From: Eledone cirrhosa
Lineage: Eukaryota
Length of the DNA stretch: 64,000 nucleotides
Assembly: GCA_964016885.1 (NCBI GenBank)
Contig: OZ024740.1
Location: forward strand, 272,056,001-272,120,000
Reading direction: 5' to 3'
The notes under the pieces were generated by a model. The model was not told the origin of the DNA, ran no database searches, and saw nothing but the letters and a program-made list of their open reading frames with translations. Positions 46,529 to 62,942 of the stretch are shown in pieces (position 1 is the first letter of the stretch; every line of letters begins with the position of its first letter). The translations under genes were made by a program, and so were the position numbers.

Positions 46529-49500
46529 TTGAGAGTTGGCTGTTTGAACGCGCGTGGCCTGGGCTCAGCTTGGAAGCAAGCAAAGCTTCTAAGTGACCTC
46601 AGGTCACAAAGTATAGATGTGATGGTTGTTTGCGAGAGTCGGATCAGCAGCGTGAGACAGCTGGCACCCGCCTTCGATGACTTTGAGATGCACGCATCTC
46701 TCTGTCAACCCGGAGGCGGGGGGGGGGGGGGGAGTTGCCGTACTGCTGGATAAACGTCTGACTCTCGACGTACAGATTGTTCACTCGGACCCGGGGGGTC
46801 GATTACTGGTGCTGGACGTCGGAGGCGGTGAAGGCGGGGCTTTCAGACTGGTCGGTCTTTATGCTCCCTTCGGGGCGGAAAGAGCCGACTTCTTCCAGCG
46901 TCTGGAGACTTTTCTAGGAACGTCGCGTTCCCTGCTTTTAGTGGGGGACTGGAATGGAATCCTAGATGCGCGTTGGGACTATGCAGGGGCATGTCCCGAT
47001 AGAGGGGGGTGTAGCAGCCTCAAGGGGTTACTCGATCGATTCGACCTGGTCGATAGATTTCGACTAGATTGTCCAACTGCGCCAACCTGGACCTGGGCAA
47101 ACCGCAGTGGACAATCTAGATCGTACCTAGATAGGTTTTTGGTTAGGAGTAAGGATAGGGACGTATTTAGTTGTCCAGAACTGATCATGGTTGGCTATTC
47201 AGATCACAAATTAGTGACCTGCGTGGTCAACCTTGATAGAACGCATAGACAGGGTCCCGGTTACTGGAAGATGAACTTGTCCTTACCGACAAAGAAAGAT
47301 TACAGAAACCGGATTAGTAGCTTAGTTAAGATGCGGTTGACGGGAGCGATCGTCAACAGTAGGTGGTGGGTATCTCTAAAGAGAGAGATTAGAGTAAGTT
47401 CGATAGGTTACAGTAAGGAACTAGCGGCGAATAGAAATAGGAGGGAAAGGGAGTTAACAGATAAACTAGAAGAGGCGATTAGGAGCGGAGACGTAGCCAG
47501 AGCGTTAGCGACGAGAACGGCGTTGAGCCAGTTCTTTGACGCGAAGCACGAAGGCTGCGTTGTCCGAAGTAAAATACGTGCTTTAGGAAACGAGGGGACC
47601 AAAGCTGTTAGCTGGGCCCGCGTGACAGAAGCCAAGAGTGGGATTAAATCCACCATTCGGTCTTTGCGAGACCAGGATGGACGGGTGATCCTTGAACCTG
47701 AGCGAATGTGCGAGACCTTTCAAAGGCACTTTGCTCGACTGTTCGGAGGTGGCGGGGGGCCGGACGGGGATGTGGACTTCGGTCCATACCTCGACGGTCT
47801 ACCGCGTCTTTCGAGCGGCGAAGCGGAGTGCTGCGAAAGGCCAATCACAGCCACTGAAATCGGGGAAGCGCTCAGCCAATGCAGCAGACGCAAATCCCCG
47901 GGTCTCGATGGTCTACCATACGAACTTTATTTAGCTATGCCGGTCTTGTTCTCCGAACTCCTCGAGGCTGTCTATTGCAACTGGCAACAGAACGGGAGAA
48001 TTCCCTGTTCTGTGACCAAGGGCGTGGTCACGCTAGTGAGGAAGGACGAGAGCAAGGGGGACGACTTAAGTAACTTTAGGCCCATAACTCTGCTGAATGC
48101 AGAGTTACAGATTTTGGCCAAGGTGTTGGCGAAGAGGTTGGCGCTTGTGGTGGGTGGTTTGGTGGGAGACGCGCAGACATGCGCTATCCCGTCCAGGTCC
48201 ATTCACGACAACCTCCACCTCATGCGATACATCATAGAGAGGGTTGGCTACGAACCCGGCTTTGGTGGGGCCCTGATCAACTTGGATCAATCTAAGGCGT
48301 TCGATAGGGTCGACCATGGTTACCTGGATGCGGTGCTAGCGGCGGCGGGCTTCGGACCCGTTTTCAAGGGCTGGATTTCTGCCATGCACAGTGGCAACAT
48401 CTACTCTAGGATTAAAGTAAACGGCTACCTCTCGGAGCCGTTTCAAATCACCCGATCCATCAGACAGGGGTGCCCCCTCTCCTCCCTTCTGTACGTATTG
48501 ACTCTCGAGCCACTGCTGCGGAAGTTGGAGTTGCTGCGGGGCATACCCCTGGAACCGGGATTGCACAAAGCGGTCTCGGCCTATGCCGACGACGTAACAG
48601 TAATGGTGGCGGACGCCTCGGAAATCGGGGCGATCGCCACCCTACTGGAGGAATACGAAAGGCTGACGGGGGCTAAGCTGAACCAGGACAAGTCAGTCGG
48701 TTTGCAACTCGGAACGTGGAGGGGCAAACCGATGCCGTTAGACGGTGTCGTCGGGCGGTGGACGGAGGGCCCGGTGAAGCTGCTCGGGGTCTGGTTCGGA
48801 CCGGACCTCCAGGTGGAGAAGAATTGGGACGAGGTGACGAGCAGGGTGTTTGCGCTGACCCAGAAGTGGGCCAAGTGCAAACTATCACTGAAAGGTCGGG
48901 CGGAGGTGACGAACGCTTACATAGCGTCCGTCATCTACTACCGCCTGACCGTCGTGCCTTGCCCCAAGGAAAAGCTCACCATCATGGAACGCATGCTCTT
49001 CCAGTTCCTCTGGAAGAAGCGGCCTCCCATGGTGAGGAGATCCATCTGCTGCCAGCACCCTTCGAAAGGAGGGCTGGGTATGCCGTGGCTGTTGATGCGT
49101 AGGCACGCATTGAGGCTACGGCATCTACAGGTATTCCTCAACGGTCAGCCGGTGTGGGCCCCGTTTGTGAGGCGAGCCTTCCCACAGCTCGTCTCGCTCA
49201 CCGAACTGCAATCCTGGGTGAAGCAAAGACCGAGAAAACTGGGCAACTGGCACACCGAGTCTGCCCAGGCGCTCACGGCTATCTGGCAAGCGGACCCGAC
49301 TGTCAGTGGAGAATCCACCTCGACATTCTATAGAGGGTTGGTGGCTAGCAGGGGCGACGACACCCTTGGAGAGTCGCTAGGCATGGAGGAGGACGAACTG
49401 GCCAGCCTGTTCGGTAGAACTTTCGGCCCGGGACCCATGGACAACTTCCAGAGGTCCCTAGCCTGGCAGTGTTACCGGGGGGCTCTGCCCGTTCGAGAAA

Positions 49501-49597
49501 AGCTCTACAGACACGGGCGCCCGGGCAGGGATCCCGCGAAAAAGATCTGTCCCAGATGCGTGCGCGACGAGGAAACCGTTGCGCATGCACTGGCATG
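46529..49597 (+). CDS. Tx1-like ORF2p: AP endonuclease, reverse transcriptase and partial C-terminal zinc finger; frameshift in the G-run at 46718-46732
   Basis: VGCLNARGL, GGVAVLL, GDWN, YLDRFLV, SDH, GPGYWKMN, KSPGLDGL, FRPITLLN, LDQSKAFDRVDH, RQGCPLS, YADD, CPRC..ETVAHAL. Confidence 0.92.
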
Positions 49598-50615
49598 TTT
49601 ATCCCTCCTTTCTGAAACAGAGAAGTACGGAATACCTCGGCCTGAGGATGGTGTCTACATTTTGTGCTTATAAAAAAAATTCGTTGTAGATTAGCAGGAG
49701 TTTAACTTAATTGGGTGTCTGAGTTCAACCCACGAAAGCCTAGACGATAGGCATTCGACAAACCGAACATGTATTTGTTGTGCTATGGTCCAATGAAAGC
49801 AATAGTTACAGAGCAGTAAGCATGTGGGACTGCAGTGGTGGAGAGCATGAAGGAATTTAGTTGGATACTTTTAAGGTTACAAAAATCTACCCAATCTGAT
49901 ATAGACCGAACTGTTATATCGGATGCCGAACGCCTCGGAGTTACTATTGGGGTCACCATCAACAATTTCAAGGGATGTACGTTTAAGTATGGATAATATA
50001 GTCTATAAAGAGAGGTAATTCTTTCAAAATACTAAAGAGCTGTCTCTCTTGAACATTGTAGATGAAATTTCCGAACTAACTGACAAAAAGGGCTTAAAGT
50101 TTTAGTGAAAAAAAAACGCCTTTAACAACAGAAAATTGAAAAATAAAAGGTGCAATTAATATCTTTAGACCGCAAGGAATATATAAATGCAAGTTTGAAG
50201 TCAATCGGAGTAGAAATGTGGATTTGTATAGACTTTGGCAAAATTAGGACACACACACACACACAGACAACTTCAGTTTTATATATATGTATAGATATAT
50301 ATATACATGCACATGTCAACTCAAAATATACAAGGTTTATTTCCCTTTCGATAACTCTCATATACTCTGACCCAAACTTACCCACAATGGCTGATTAAAA
50401 GCACACGTGCTTTCCCCACGAAAAATATTTTTCCGTTTCTCCCCCTTCTTACTCCCGTCTATCTTTTTATTTCTTTATTTATCTCTCAGTTTATCTTTTG
50501 ATAAAGAACTGATGTCCGAAACGTTAAGATTCTTTTCCTAGAATATTAAGTGTTAAAATAATATATATTTTCATTGTACTGTATCGTTACCCTGTAATTT
50601 TCCGTTCACCTTTCG

Positions 50616-50698
<83 letters not shown>

Positions 50699-50707
50699 AC
50701 ACACACA

Positions 50708-50813
<106 letters not shown>

Positions 50814-50967
50814 ATCGGAGAGGAGTTAAGCCCTATACGTATATCTGAACTGACACTGATAAGAGTCACATAAGCAAACCTCAAATACACTCGGTCGAGA
50901 ACAACAAAACAACAGTAATTATACAGGCGTAGGTATAAATGAGTATATATGAATAAAACTATATTAT

Positions 50968-51435
50968 GATATTGTTATACTTTGGGAGGGTCATGTTGCC
51001 AATAAGAAACACACGCACCAGTTGCTTTCACTCCAATTTATTATAAATTAAATTTATAAATTTAAGAATTTATAAATTTCCGGTTGGTTGGTTGGTTCCA
51101 CAACCGGACGGTTGTTCATATATTGTCAAAGTTCTTTTGTCACACATCTTGTTTTAAGATGGCGTAGGACAGAACAAAGAAGAGGCACAAAACAAAGAAA
51201 AGAATCCCCAGTCACTGAAGAGGTCACAGAATGTGTGACAAAAGAACTTTGACAATATATGAACAACCGTCCGGTTGTGGAACCAACCAACCGGAAATTT
51301 ATAAATTCTTAAATTTATAAATTTAATTTATAATAAATTGGAGTGAAAGCAACTGGTGTGTGTGTTTCTTATTGGCAACATGACCCTCCCAAAGTATAAC
51401 AATATCGGTTTCAACACACGTTTTCAGATAAAGAA
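50968..51435 (+). mobile_element. Second copy of the 36929 PLE 3' UTR with a ~178-bp inverted duplication and a mutated hammerhead
   Basis: Arms 50968-51147 / 51231-51406. gtca CTGAAGA ggtcaca(gaatg)tgtgac AAAA gaac TT tgac at 51211-51253. Confidence 0.85.
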
Positions 51436-51559
51436 TCTTGTTAAACAAATTCAGAAACGAAATATTTTATGATAAATTCCAGTCATATACGCAAACATGT
51501 AGATACACGGTAAAATGTTCAAACACCAATCAAAATTCAATCCTGCAAAAAATTAATTT

Positions 51560-54675
<3,116 letters not shown>

Positions 54676-55415
54676 ACAGTCCAAATATTATATTAAATGT
54701 TCCCGTTCGGATAAAGTCTAAATGAAAATGTATGAGTGAGAGACAGAAAGAGGGCGAAAAAGAGAAGCGGAGAAATATAGAGAGAGTGACAACGTGATGG
54801 AGTTTCTATATTGAAACATGTATTCTGAAGAAACGATAGTTTATTTAAACAAAAAGAACCGACAGAAGTCACCCAGAAAGGATATTGATGTAGAAGTCTC
54901 CAGCAATCCATTTAGTGACACTTGTGTACACTGACGCCCGATGATGCTAGTTTGAGTAGTCTTTGTGAGCTTACTCCTGTGTATGTGTATGTATACATAT
55001 GGTTCTGTGTATGGGTGTTCCTGATATTGGATAATATGTTTTGCGGGCGTGAATATATATATATATCGTAAGTATAAAGAACATATATTTTATTTTTCAG
55101 ATATAGTTTGAGTGATCCAGTGTGAATCAATGCATCTTTAAATATGCTCTAAGCGAATGATAAATGTTAGTATTCTAAGCAATGTGTGATAAAAACACAG
55201 TTCCATAGATTTCACCCTTTAGCATTTAAACCAGCCGTATCCGGCCAGAATTATCTCACCTCTTTCTGTTCAAACCGGCTGTAACTGGCTGCTTATACTT
55301 ATGTTAAGGTATTGTTCTCAAAAGAAATAATATCGAAATGTCATAGATTCGATATTATGAGATAATTATGTGAGATAAAGCCTTTACCGTGAAAATACAA
55401 TAGTAAATATAGAGT

Positions 55416-56070
55416 AATAATTGTTTCTACTTTAGGCACAAGGCCAGCAATTACCCAGTGCATTACTGGTACTTTATTTTATCGACCCCCGTAAGGATGA
55501 AAGGCAAAGTCAACCTCGGCGGGATTTGAACTCAGATCGTAAAGGGACGTAACTATGCTGGAAAGCATGGCGTCCGACCCTCTACCGATACTGCCAATCC
55601 ACTCGCTGTCGTTGTTCTCCGACTCAACATTCTGCGGGGAGAGTAATGGTTAAAGAAAACGTGGTTAATAACCACCTTTCCATCCGAACAATAATCGACC
55701 CCGTAAGGATGAAAGGCAAAGCTAACCTTGGCGGGATTTGAACTCAGAACATAAAGGGCCGTAAATCTATGCCGCGAAATATGGTGTCCGACGCTCTACC
55801 GAGACTGCCAATCCACCGCCCTTAACATCTGAACAATAATGATTTCTAGTATAGGCACAAGGCTAGTAATTTGGGGTGGGGGGTGTTGAGGAAAAAGTCG
55901 ATTAAATCGACCCCAGTACGTTACTGGTGTTTTATTTTATCGACCCTGTAAGGATGAAAGTCAAAGTTAACCTAAGCGGGATTTGAACTCAGAACGTAAA
56001 GGACCGTAACTCTATGCTACTAAGCATGGTGTCCGACACTCTACCAATACTGCCAATCCACCGCCATAAC
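55416..56070 (-). mobile_element. SINE family A cluster (three copies)
   Basis: Reverse complement of the family A consensus. Further copies at +1737-1821, -25060-25222, +31555-31732, +57470-57730, -59780-60122 and -61422-61637. Confidence 0.87.
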
Positions 56071-57017
56071 ATCCGAACAATAATAACATGAAATAGCGCA
56101 AAGCTACATTTAAAAGGCTGAAGTACGTACACGCGGCCTTGCACCACAGACTACATTGAATTAGTTATCACAATTCTACATCAAAATGTATTCAAGAAAA
56201 ATGTATAAAGAATATTCACAAATATCTGAGAAAATATTCTGGGGCAACATTCAAATGTATTAGTTATGACGTAACAAAATTTAATAAATTTAGCTACCTC
56301 TAATCTGGACCAATCGTTTGGAATCATTTTGTGTGCAAAGATGTAACTCTTTCAGAGATGTAAAAAAATATAAAAAAAGATACCGTTGAATAATCAACAA
56401 ACCTGTTTGTGGTAAAAACCTAAAAACATTTTCCGTACCTGATAACTGATGTTATTCTTCTTAAAATAACAGGAATTTAGCGTTTTATCAAAAATTACTG
56501 GCCACTTTGTTAAACGAATATTTATTATACGAAATACTGGTTAACCGTACACTAACTTTTTTCACAAAATTATTTATAATTGGAAGTAGGTTATTTGAAG
56601 TGGTATTTAGCTACAGTAACTTTTCATTTGGCTTTTAAAATAGGTAATATTTATTGATATCTAAATTTAATATAGTAAGACATTAAATATATATAAGTTT
56701 GTATGAGCAGCAATCGTTAGGTGTAATTCTTAAAAAACAAAATCATAGATTATTTTTTCTGAAATTATATATTTGTTGGGCACTCATATTGCTTGAAATA
56801 ATGAGCCAGCCAATGTAATTTGCAGTTTAGCGACTGTAAATTATTGAATGTATTATGTAATAAATGTAAAATATAAAAACCAATAGCTTCTCAAGTTTCA
56901 GCGAAGTCTTGACATCCCACTACAACATCAATAAAAGTATCACCATTCTCCTAACTCAATTTTAGTTGTATTTATTAACCTGAAAATGGATTATTAATAA
57001 AATTATGCTCATAATCT

Positions 57018-57246
57018 TTAACCCTTTAGCATTTAAACCGGCCGTATCCGGCCAGAATTCTCTCGTCTCTTTCTGTTCAAACCGGCCGTAACTGGCCATT
57101 CATACGTATGTTAAGATATTGTTCTCAAAATAAATAATATCAAAATCTCATAGATTTGATATTATGTGAGATAATTATGTGAGATAAAGCCTTTACTGTG
57201 AAAATACAATAGTACATATAGAGTAATGTAAATGGTAAAGGGTTAA
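57018..57246. mobile_element. piggyBac-type MITE
   Basis: TTAAccctttagcattt ... aaatggtaaagggTTAA. Confidence 0.83.
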
Positions 57247-58566
57247 ATGCTATATAAGGTCTTCATAAAACAAATATTCAACTCCGTCATCTATTTCTAA
57301 CTTAGTAGCTTGTTGCTTAGCTACTTAGAAACTCTTAGGAGAGCTGGATAGAAGAAGGGTTTCAGAGAAGATACCTCACCCAAGGAAGTGTTTCCTGCCT
57401 TAACTTCTGAACGCCAGTAACTAGTTGCTTAGCTACTAAATCAATGAAATCGAAAGTAGTATCATTATTTGTGTTGATTGGCAGTACCAGTAATGCACTG
57501 GATAATTGCTGGCCTTGTGCCTAAAGTAGAAACAATTATTTGTGTTGATTGGCAGTATCGGTAGAGAGTCGGACACCATGCTTTCCAGCATAGAGTTACG
57601 TCCCTTTATGGTCTGAGTTCAAATCCCATCGGGGTTAACTTTGCCTTTCATCTTTACGGGGTCGATAAAATAAAGTACCAGTAATGCACAGGGATAATTG
57701 CTGGCCTTGTGTTAAAAGTGGAAACAATTATTTGTTTGTATACATGTTAGTTCGAAAATGTGTTAAAGTGTCGCCGTTAATCTCTTAGGAATGGTTAAAA
57801 ATTAAAAGGTTTTTAAATAAATTTTAAATTTATGTTGAAATCTGTGGTTCGTTCTTTTGAATTGTATGTATGATCCCGTAACTCATGAGGAAGTCGTAAT
57901 GGCGCCGTATTGACATACAGCATTTCTAGGGCATTTTAAAAATCTGGCGGAGCACATCTCTCCAGGTCTAAATACAGCAGTAAATACTCCCAATAATGGA
58001 TAGAGAGAGTGAGAGAATGAAAGTGAGAAATACAACGGATGTCGACTGAAAAGTCCATAGGCTGACCAAAATATATCATGGAATGACCAAATGAGGTTTA
58101 CTTTTCAACATCGAAAGAAACAATGCAGTTATTATTAAGAAGATTTGAAATTAATTCATGCAGGATTTCACAGCTCTAGATTCATTCCTTCATGTAATGT
58201 TTAAATGTTCGCTATTCGAGAAATGCGAAGTTCGATTCTCGCTGGCACATCTCTGACCGCACTTTTTTTTCCATCTCCAGGGCTTAACATTTAAAGCTTC
58301 TAAAAGGGCGGTAATTGGCAGTTAGAATCGCACTTGTGTACTGATTAATGCGTCCATGCATTCATCTGCGGCAAGAAATGCATGACCCAGCTTCCGTAGG
58401 TGTTTTTCTACCTTCAGGGGTAGTTTAATCGACTTACTCAACTATTATTAATAGTAATTTCCATTGTGGCTCACATTTTAAAATACATACTTACATACAA
58501 AAACACACACAAACACACACACTTACAAGTGTGTGTAGTTTGTGTGTATGTGTGCATATGTGTAAA

Positions 58567-58642
58567 TATGTAAGTTTATATCGATGTATAAGTAAATATG
58601 CCTAATGGCATATTTACTTATACATCGATATAAACTTATATA
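58567..58642. repeat. ~36-bp hairpin next to a TG/TA microsatellite
   Basis: taagtttatatcgatgtataagtaaatatgcc(taat)ggcatatttacttatacatcgatataaactta. Confidence 0.85.
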
Positions 58643-59197
58643 CGGCATAATCTCACGTACACATCCGATTAAATAGATACAATCATCAGTGGACTCCATA
58701 CTGTGTCCTCTGAATATTATAGATATTTACTCAGATACCTAATGATATAGATTTAATGGACTAGTTATCTATGGACCATCAAATATAATTTACTATAAGC
58801 ACGCCCCTGCCACAAACTGGATGTTGAAAGCTTTAATGTTTTTGCTTGTAAAATCTTAAATACAAACTTGATAAATGCCTTAGCACTTTAGTAATGACGC
58901 GTCCATTTTCAGTTAATAAGTATTTGCAACATTTGAAATAGGAAATGAGTGAGTCCCAATTCAAATGTCCATAATAATCTCTGGGGGAGATGAGGAGTTC
59001 GAATCCTCATTGGAGTCTCTGTCCACTTTTTTTCCGTCTCCAAATTTTCTTTATTCCATTTTCTTAACTATTATTAATAGTGATCGACTATTATAATGGT
59101 AATTTGTGTTGAGACGCACATATACACATACGTATACGCACACATACATATATATATCTACATATATACACACATATATATCTATACACACACACAC

Positions 59198-59312
<115 letters not shown>

Positions 59313-60837
59313 GTAGATATATGGTAGACAACACATTAATCTATCACAATGTCAGTCCATTTATGCTGTAATACTTTGTCTATATTTTAATTCTGTGCGG
59401 CATTAGTACATTTGAAATCCGATCATCATAAATATATATACTTTTGCCTGAAGTACAAGAGGACACGAGCAATTGTAATGTTGCCTGTAGTCACGCTATA
59501 GATCATACATACACACATACATACACACACCAATACAACCTTGTAAAACATATAAAAACTCACACAAACATAGCAACACGCCAACGAACGAGCGAGTGAT
59601 CACCTACGTGGCTGCTCGAAGTGTTAGAAACAGGAGAAAATCTCATTCATATTACACCATATCGTCTAGAAAAAGTGAAGGACACACTGGATAATGTAAG
59701 CAGTCAGCTGAAAAATACATGACAGAATGATCAATTCTGGGAAGATTTTGAAAATAGGTCTGCTAGACCTATGGTTAAATAATTGTTTCTACTTTTGGCA
59801 CACGGCCAGCAATTATCCCAGTGTATTACTGGTGCTTTATTTTATCTACCCCGTAAGCATGAAAGGCAAAATGACCCTAGGCAGGATTTGAACTCAGACC
59901 TTAAAGAGCCGTAACTCTTTGCTGCAAAGTTTGGCGTCAGACCCTCTATCGATCTGCCAATCCACCGTCCTATGGTTAAATAATGATTTCTACTATAGGC
60001 ACAAGGCCAGTAATTTGGAGGATGGGAAATTCGATTAAATCGACTCCAGTACGTTACTGGTGCTTTATTTTATCGACCCATAAGGATGAAAGGCTAAGTT
60101 AACCTCGGCGGAATTTGAACTCTCTATGGTTAAATAATAACAACAACAACAACAACCACAAAAACTCTACAAATACAAAGTAACAGAAATACTCACGTAA
60201 TATATATCATTTTTATGGGTTTTATTGTGAGTCTGTCTCAAGCTCGCAGGCTCATCAGTCCGGTGCTTATCCAGGTTTCCATGGCGTTAAATGACTGAGA
60301 GTACAAGACTCCCTCCTTGGACAAGACGCCAGTCCATCGCAAGGTTAAACTCCCAGCCATTGCTGGTACTTATTTTCAGCTGAGCATACTGGAGCCACGT
60401 GAAATGAAGTGTTTTGCTTAAGGACACAACACGCAACTCAGTTCAAGAATTGATTCCACGACATTATGATCGTAAATCCAACATCCCTACCACTAGTCCA
60501 CGCGTCTTCACTATTTTGAAGAAAGAACACATTTAGATAATCGATAAAACGATAACTTCGATAAGGGTTTTACCTGGAAATAAACAACAACAAAAACAAC
60601 ACTTACTCGAATGAGAACAGCAATTTACTAGATATTGCAATCATATTTCCCTTAACTTACACCATTTGATCTTAAAACAGTAAAGAAACATTGGATTAAT
60701 GTAATCCAAGATAAACCTTAACAAAAAAAAAAAAAATGACACGATGGTTACAGATGGAACACTTTTGATCATAGATGTGCACATTAACTGGAGTGCTTGA
60801 TCACAGGGTTTTGAATCATAGGAACGCTCAATCATAG

Positions 60838-61033
60838 TACGAGCTGGAAAGTTCATAGGTTGACCAAATTACTCTCATGGAATGACTAAATGAAGTTTAT
60901 TTTTAAACGTAGTCCCCGGAAAGAAACAATGCAGTTATTAACAAGAAGAGTTTAAATTAATACATGCAAGATTTCGTAGCTCTAGCATCACACCTTCAGA
61001 GCCAGCCTATGATCTTTCCAGCCCATCCTCGTA
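60838..61033. mobile_element. Tc1/mariner-type MITE, diverged full copy
   Basis: TAcgagctggaaagttcataggttgacc ... cagcctatgatctttccagcccatcctcgTA. Confidence 0.8.
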
Positions 61034-62177
61034 ATGCTCAATCGTAGAAGCACTTGAGCATATTATTACTCGATTAAAGTTGAGCTGGGATTTAAAACAA
61101 ACAAACAAACAAAACACATAAGATCAGAAACAACAATTACCTACAAAAGTTAACGTTGAACATCCCTCGTACCAAATTTACCAGTCTGGGGTCTGGGAGT
61201 TACTGCGAAGGGCTATGATTTGTATAGCTGAGGATACGATGAGGGTTGATCCCATGATTGTTGCAGGATATTCGAGAGGTGAGAGAGATCCATGGATTAT
61301 GGGCTCCTGTTAAGCATTATCTGGATCCTGTAAATAGAACAATTGGAAACCATGTGTGTATAGCCTGTCAGTAAATAGAGAAGCCACCGGAAAACCAATT
61401 TCACCTGTTCCCAATAACAAATAATTGTTTTTATTTTAGGCACAAGGCCAGCAATTTGAAAGGGAGGGGAAAGTCGATTAAATCGACCCCAGTGCATTAC
61501 TGGTGCTTTATTTATCGACCCCATAAGGATGAAATGCACAGCTAACCCTAGCGGGATTTGAACTCAAAACGTAAAGGGCCGTAACTCTATTCTGTGAAGC
61601 ATGTTGTCCGACGCTCTACCGATTCTGGCAATCCACAATGACACTACATAAAAGAGTGCAAGGTGGTGGTTTTAAACAGAATGATATCTTAGTCTCTTTT
61701 CTTATTAGTTCAGTGACAGGAAGGTGCTGTGACCTTGGCTTTCTCAAGTCATACGAAACTGTTGAGATCGACATTGTTAAGGTTCCCCCTGAATAGTTGC
61801 TTGTACGTTTTTGCTAAAAATAACATAACACAACAGCAACAACAAAAGCCAAACATTTCCCATATTACTTAAGATGGCTGCTCAGATTCAAACATATAAG
61901 CAGGCAAGTAGCCAATGCACGGATAATCCAGTTTTAATAAAGTCTAGCCAGTTACATAGACACATTGACTCACTATATACAAATAGCACCATTAACATCC
62001 TCCAGATGTTCCCTACTCCAGTTTTGTGGCCTTGGAAACATTCCCATCCCTAAACATCACAACCATCATACTTCTACTTAATCAGGGCTTAATATAAAAA
62101 TAACAAGCAAACGAAAACCAAGCGTTATAAAATAAAAGATTGAATCCCAAGTAAAGCTCTTTGGATAAAGATAGTTA

Positions 62178-62453
62178 ATTGTTGCAGTTGTTGTTGTCAT
62201 TGTTGTTGTTGTTGTTGTTATTGTTGGTATTGTTGTTGTTGTTGTCGTCGTCGTCGTCGTCGTCGTTGTTGTTGTTGTTGTTGTTGTTGTCGTTCTTGTT
62301 GTTGTTGTTGTTGTTATAGTTGTTGTTGTTATTGTTGGTATTGTTGTTGTTGTTGTTGTCGTCGTCGTCGTCGTTGTTGTCGTCGTTGTTGTTGTTGTTG
62401 TTGTTGTTGTTGTCGTCGCCGTCGTTCTTGTTCTTGTTGTTGTTGCTGCTGCT

Positions 62454-62515
<62 letters not shown>

Positions 62516-62601
62516 GTCGTCGTTATCGTTGTCGTTGTTGTTGTTGTCGTTGTTGCTGTTGTTGTTGTCGTCGTTGCTGTTGCTGTTGTTGTTGTCGTCG
62601 T

Positions 62602-62632
<31 letters not shown>

Positions 62633-62766
62633 ACTGTTGTTATTGTTGTTGTTGTCGTTGTTGTTGTTGCTGTTGTTGTTGTTGTTGATGTTGTTGCTGT
62701 TGTTGTTGCTGTTGTTGTTGTCGTCGTTGTTGTTGTCGTCGTTGTTGTTGTTGTTGTTGTCGTTGC

Positions 62767-62817
<51 letters not shown>

Positions 62818-62942
62818 CGTTGCTGTTGTTGTTGTCGTTGTTATCACCGTTGTTACTGTTGTCATTGTTTTTGTTGTTATTATCGTCATTGTTGTTGTTA
62901 TTATCGTCATTGTTGTTGTTGTTAGTGTTGTCATTGTTGTGG
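62178..62942. repeat. (GTT)n/(GTC)n microsatellite
   Basis: Read directly. Confidence 0.96.

Larger units (their letters stand above)
44680..49597 (+). mobile_element. Tx1-clade (L1 group) non-LTR retrotransposon, 5'-intact and 3'-truncated
   Basis: ORF1 with a CCHC knuckle followed by an APE-RT-zinc-finger ORF2. Confidence 0.93.

Noticed and set aside
49598-49673. C-terminus of ORF2 as listed in the ORF track
   Set aside because: Composition shifts abruptly and LINE similarity ends; this is read-through into unrelated flank.
50853-50897. ctgataa-gagt...actc as a hammerhead
   Set aside because: The core is mutated and GAAA is missing; too degraded to support.
56439-56459. 21-nt micro-exon on the minus strand
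   Set aside because: It has a stop codon in the phase needed to join the other candidate exons; likely chance splice-like motifs.
60240-60275. CTGATGAG on the minus strand as a hammerhead
   Set aside because: Part of the SINE B 3' end. There is no GAAA or helix III, and the other copy lacks the motif.
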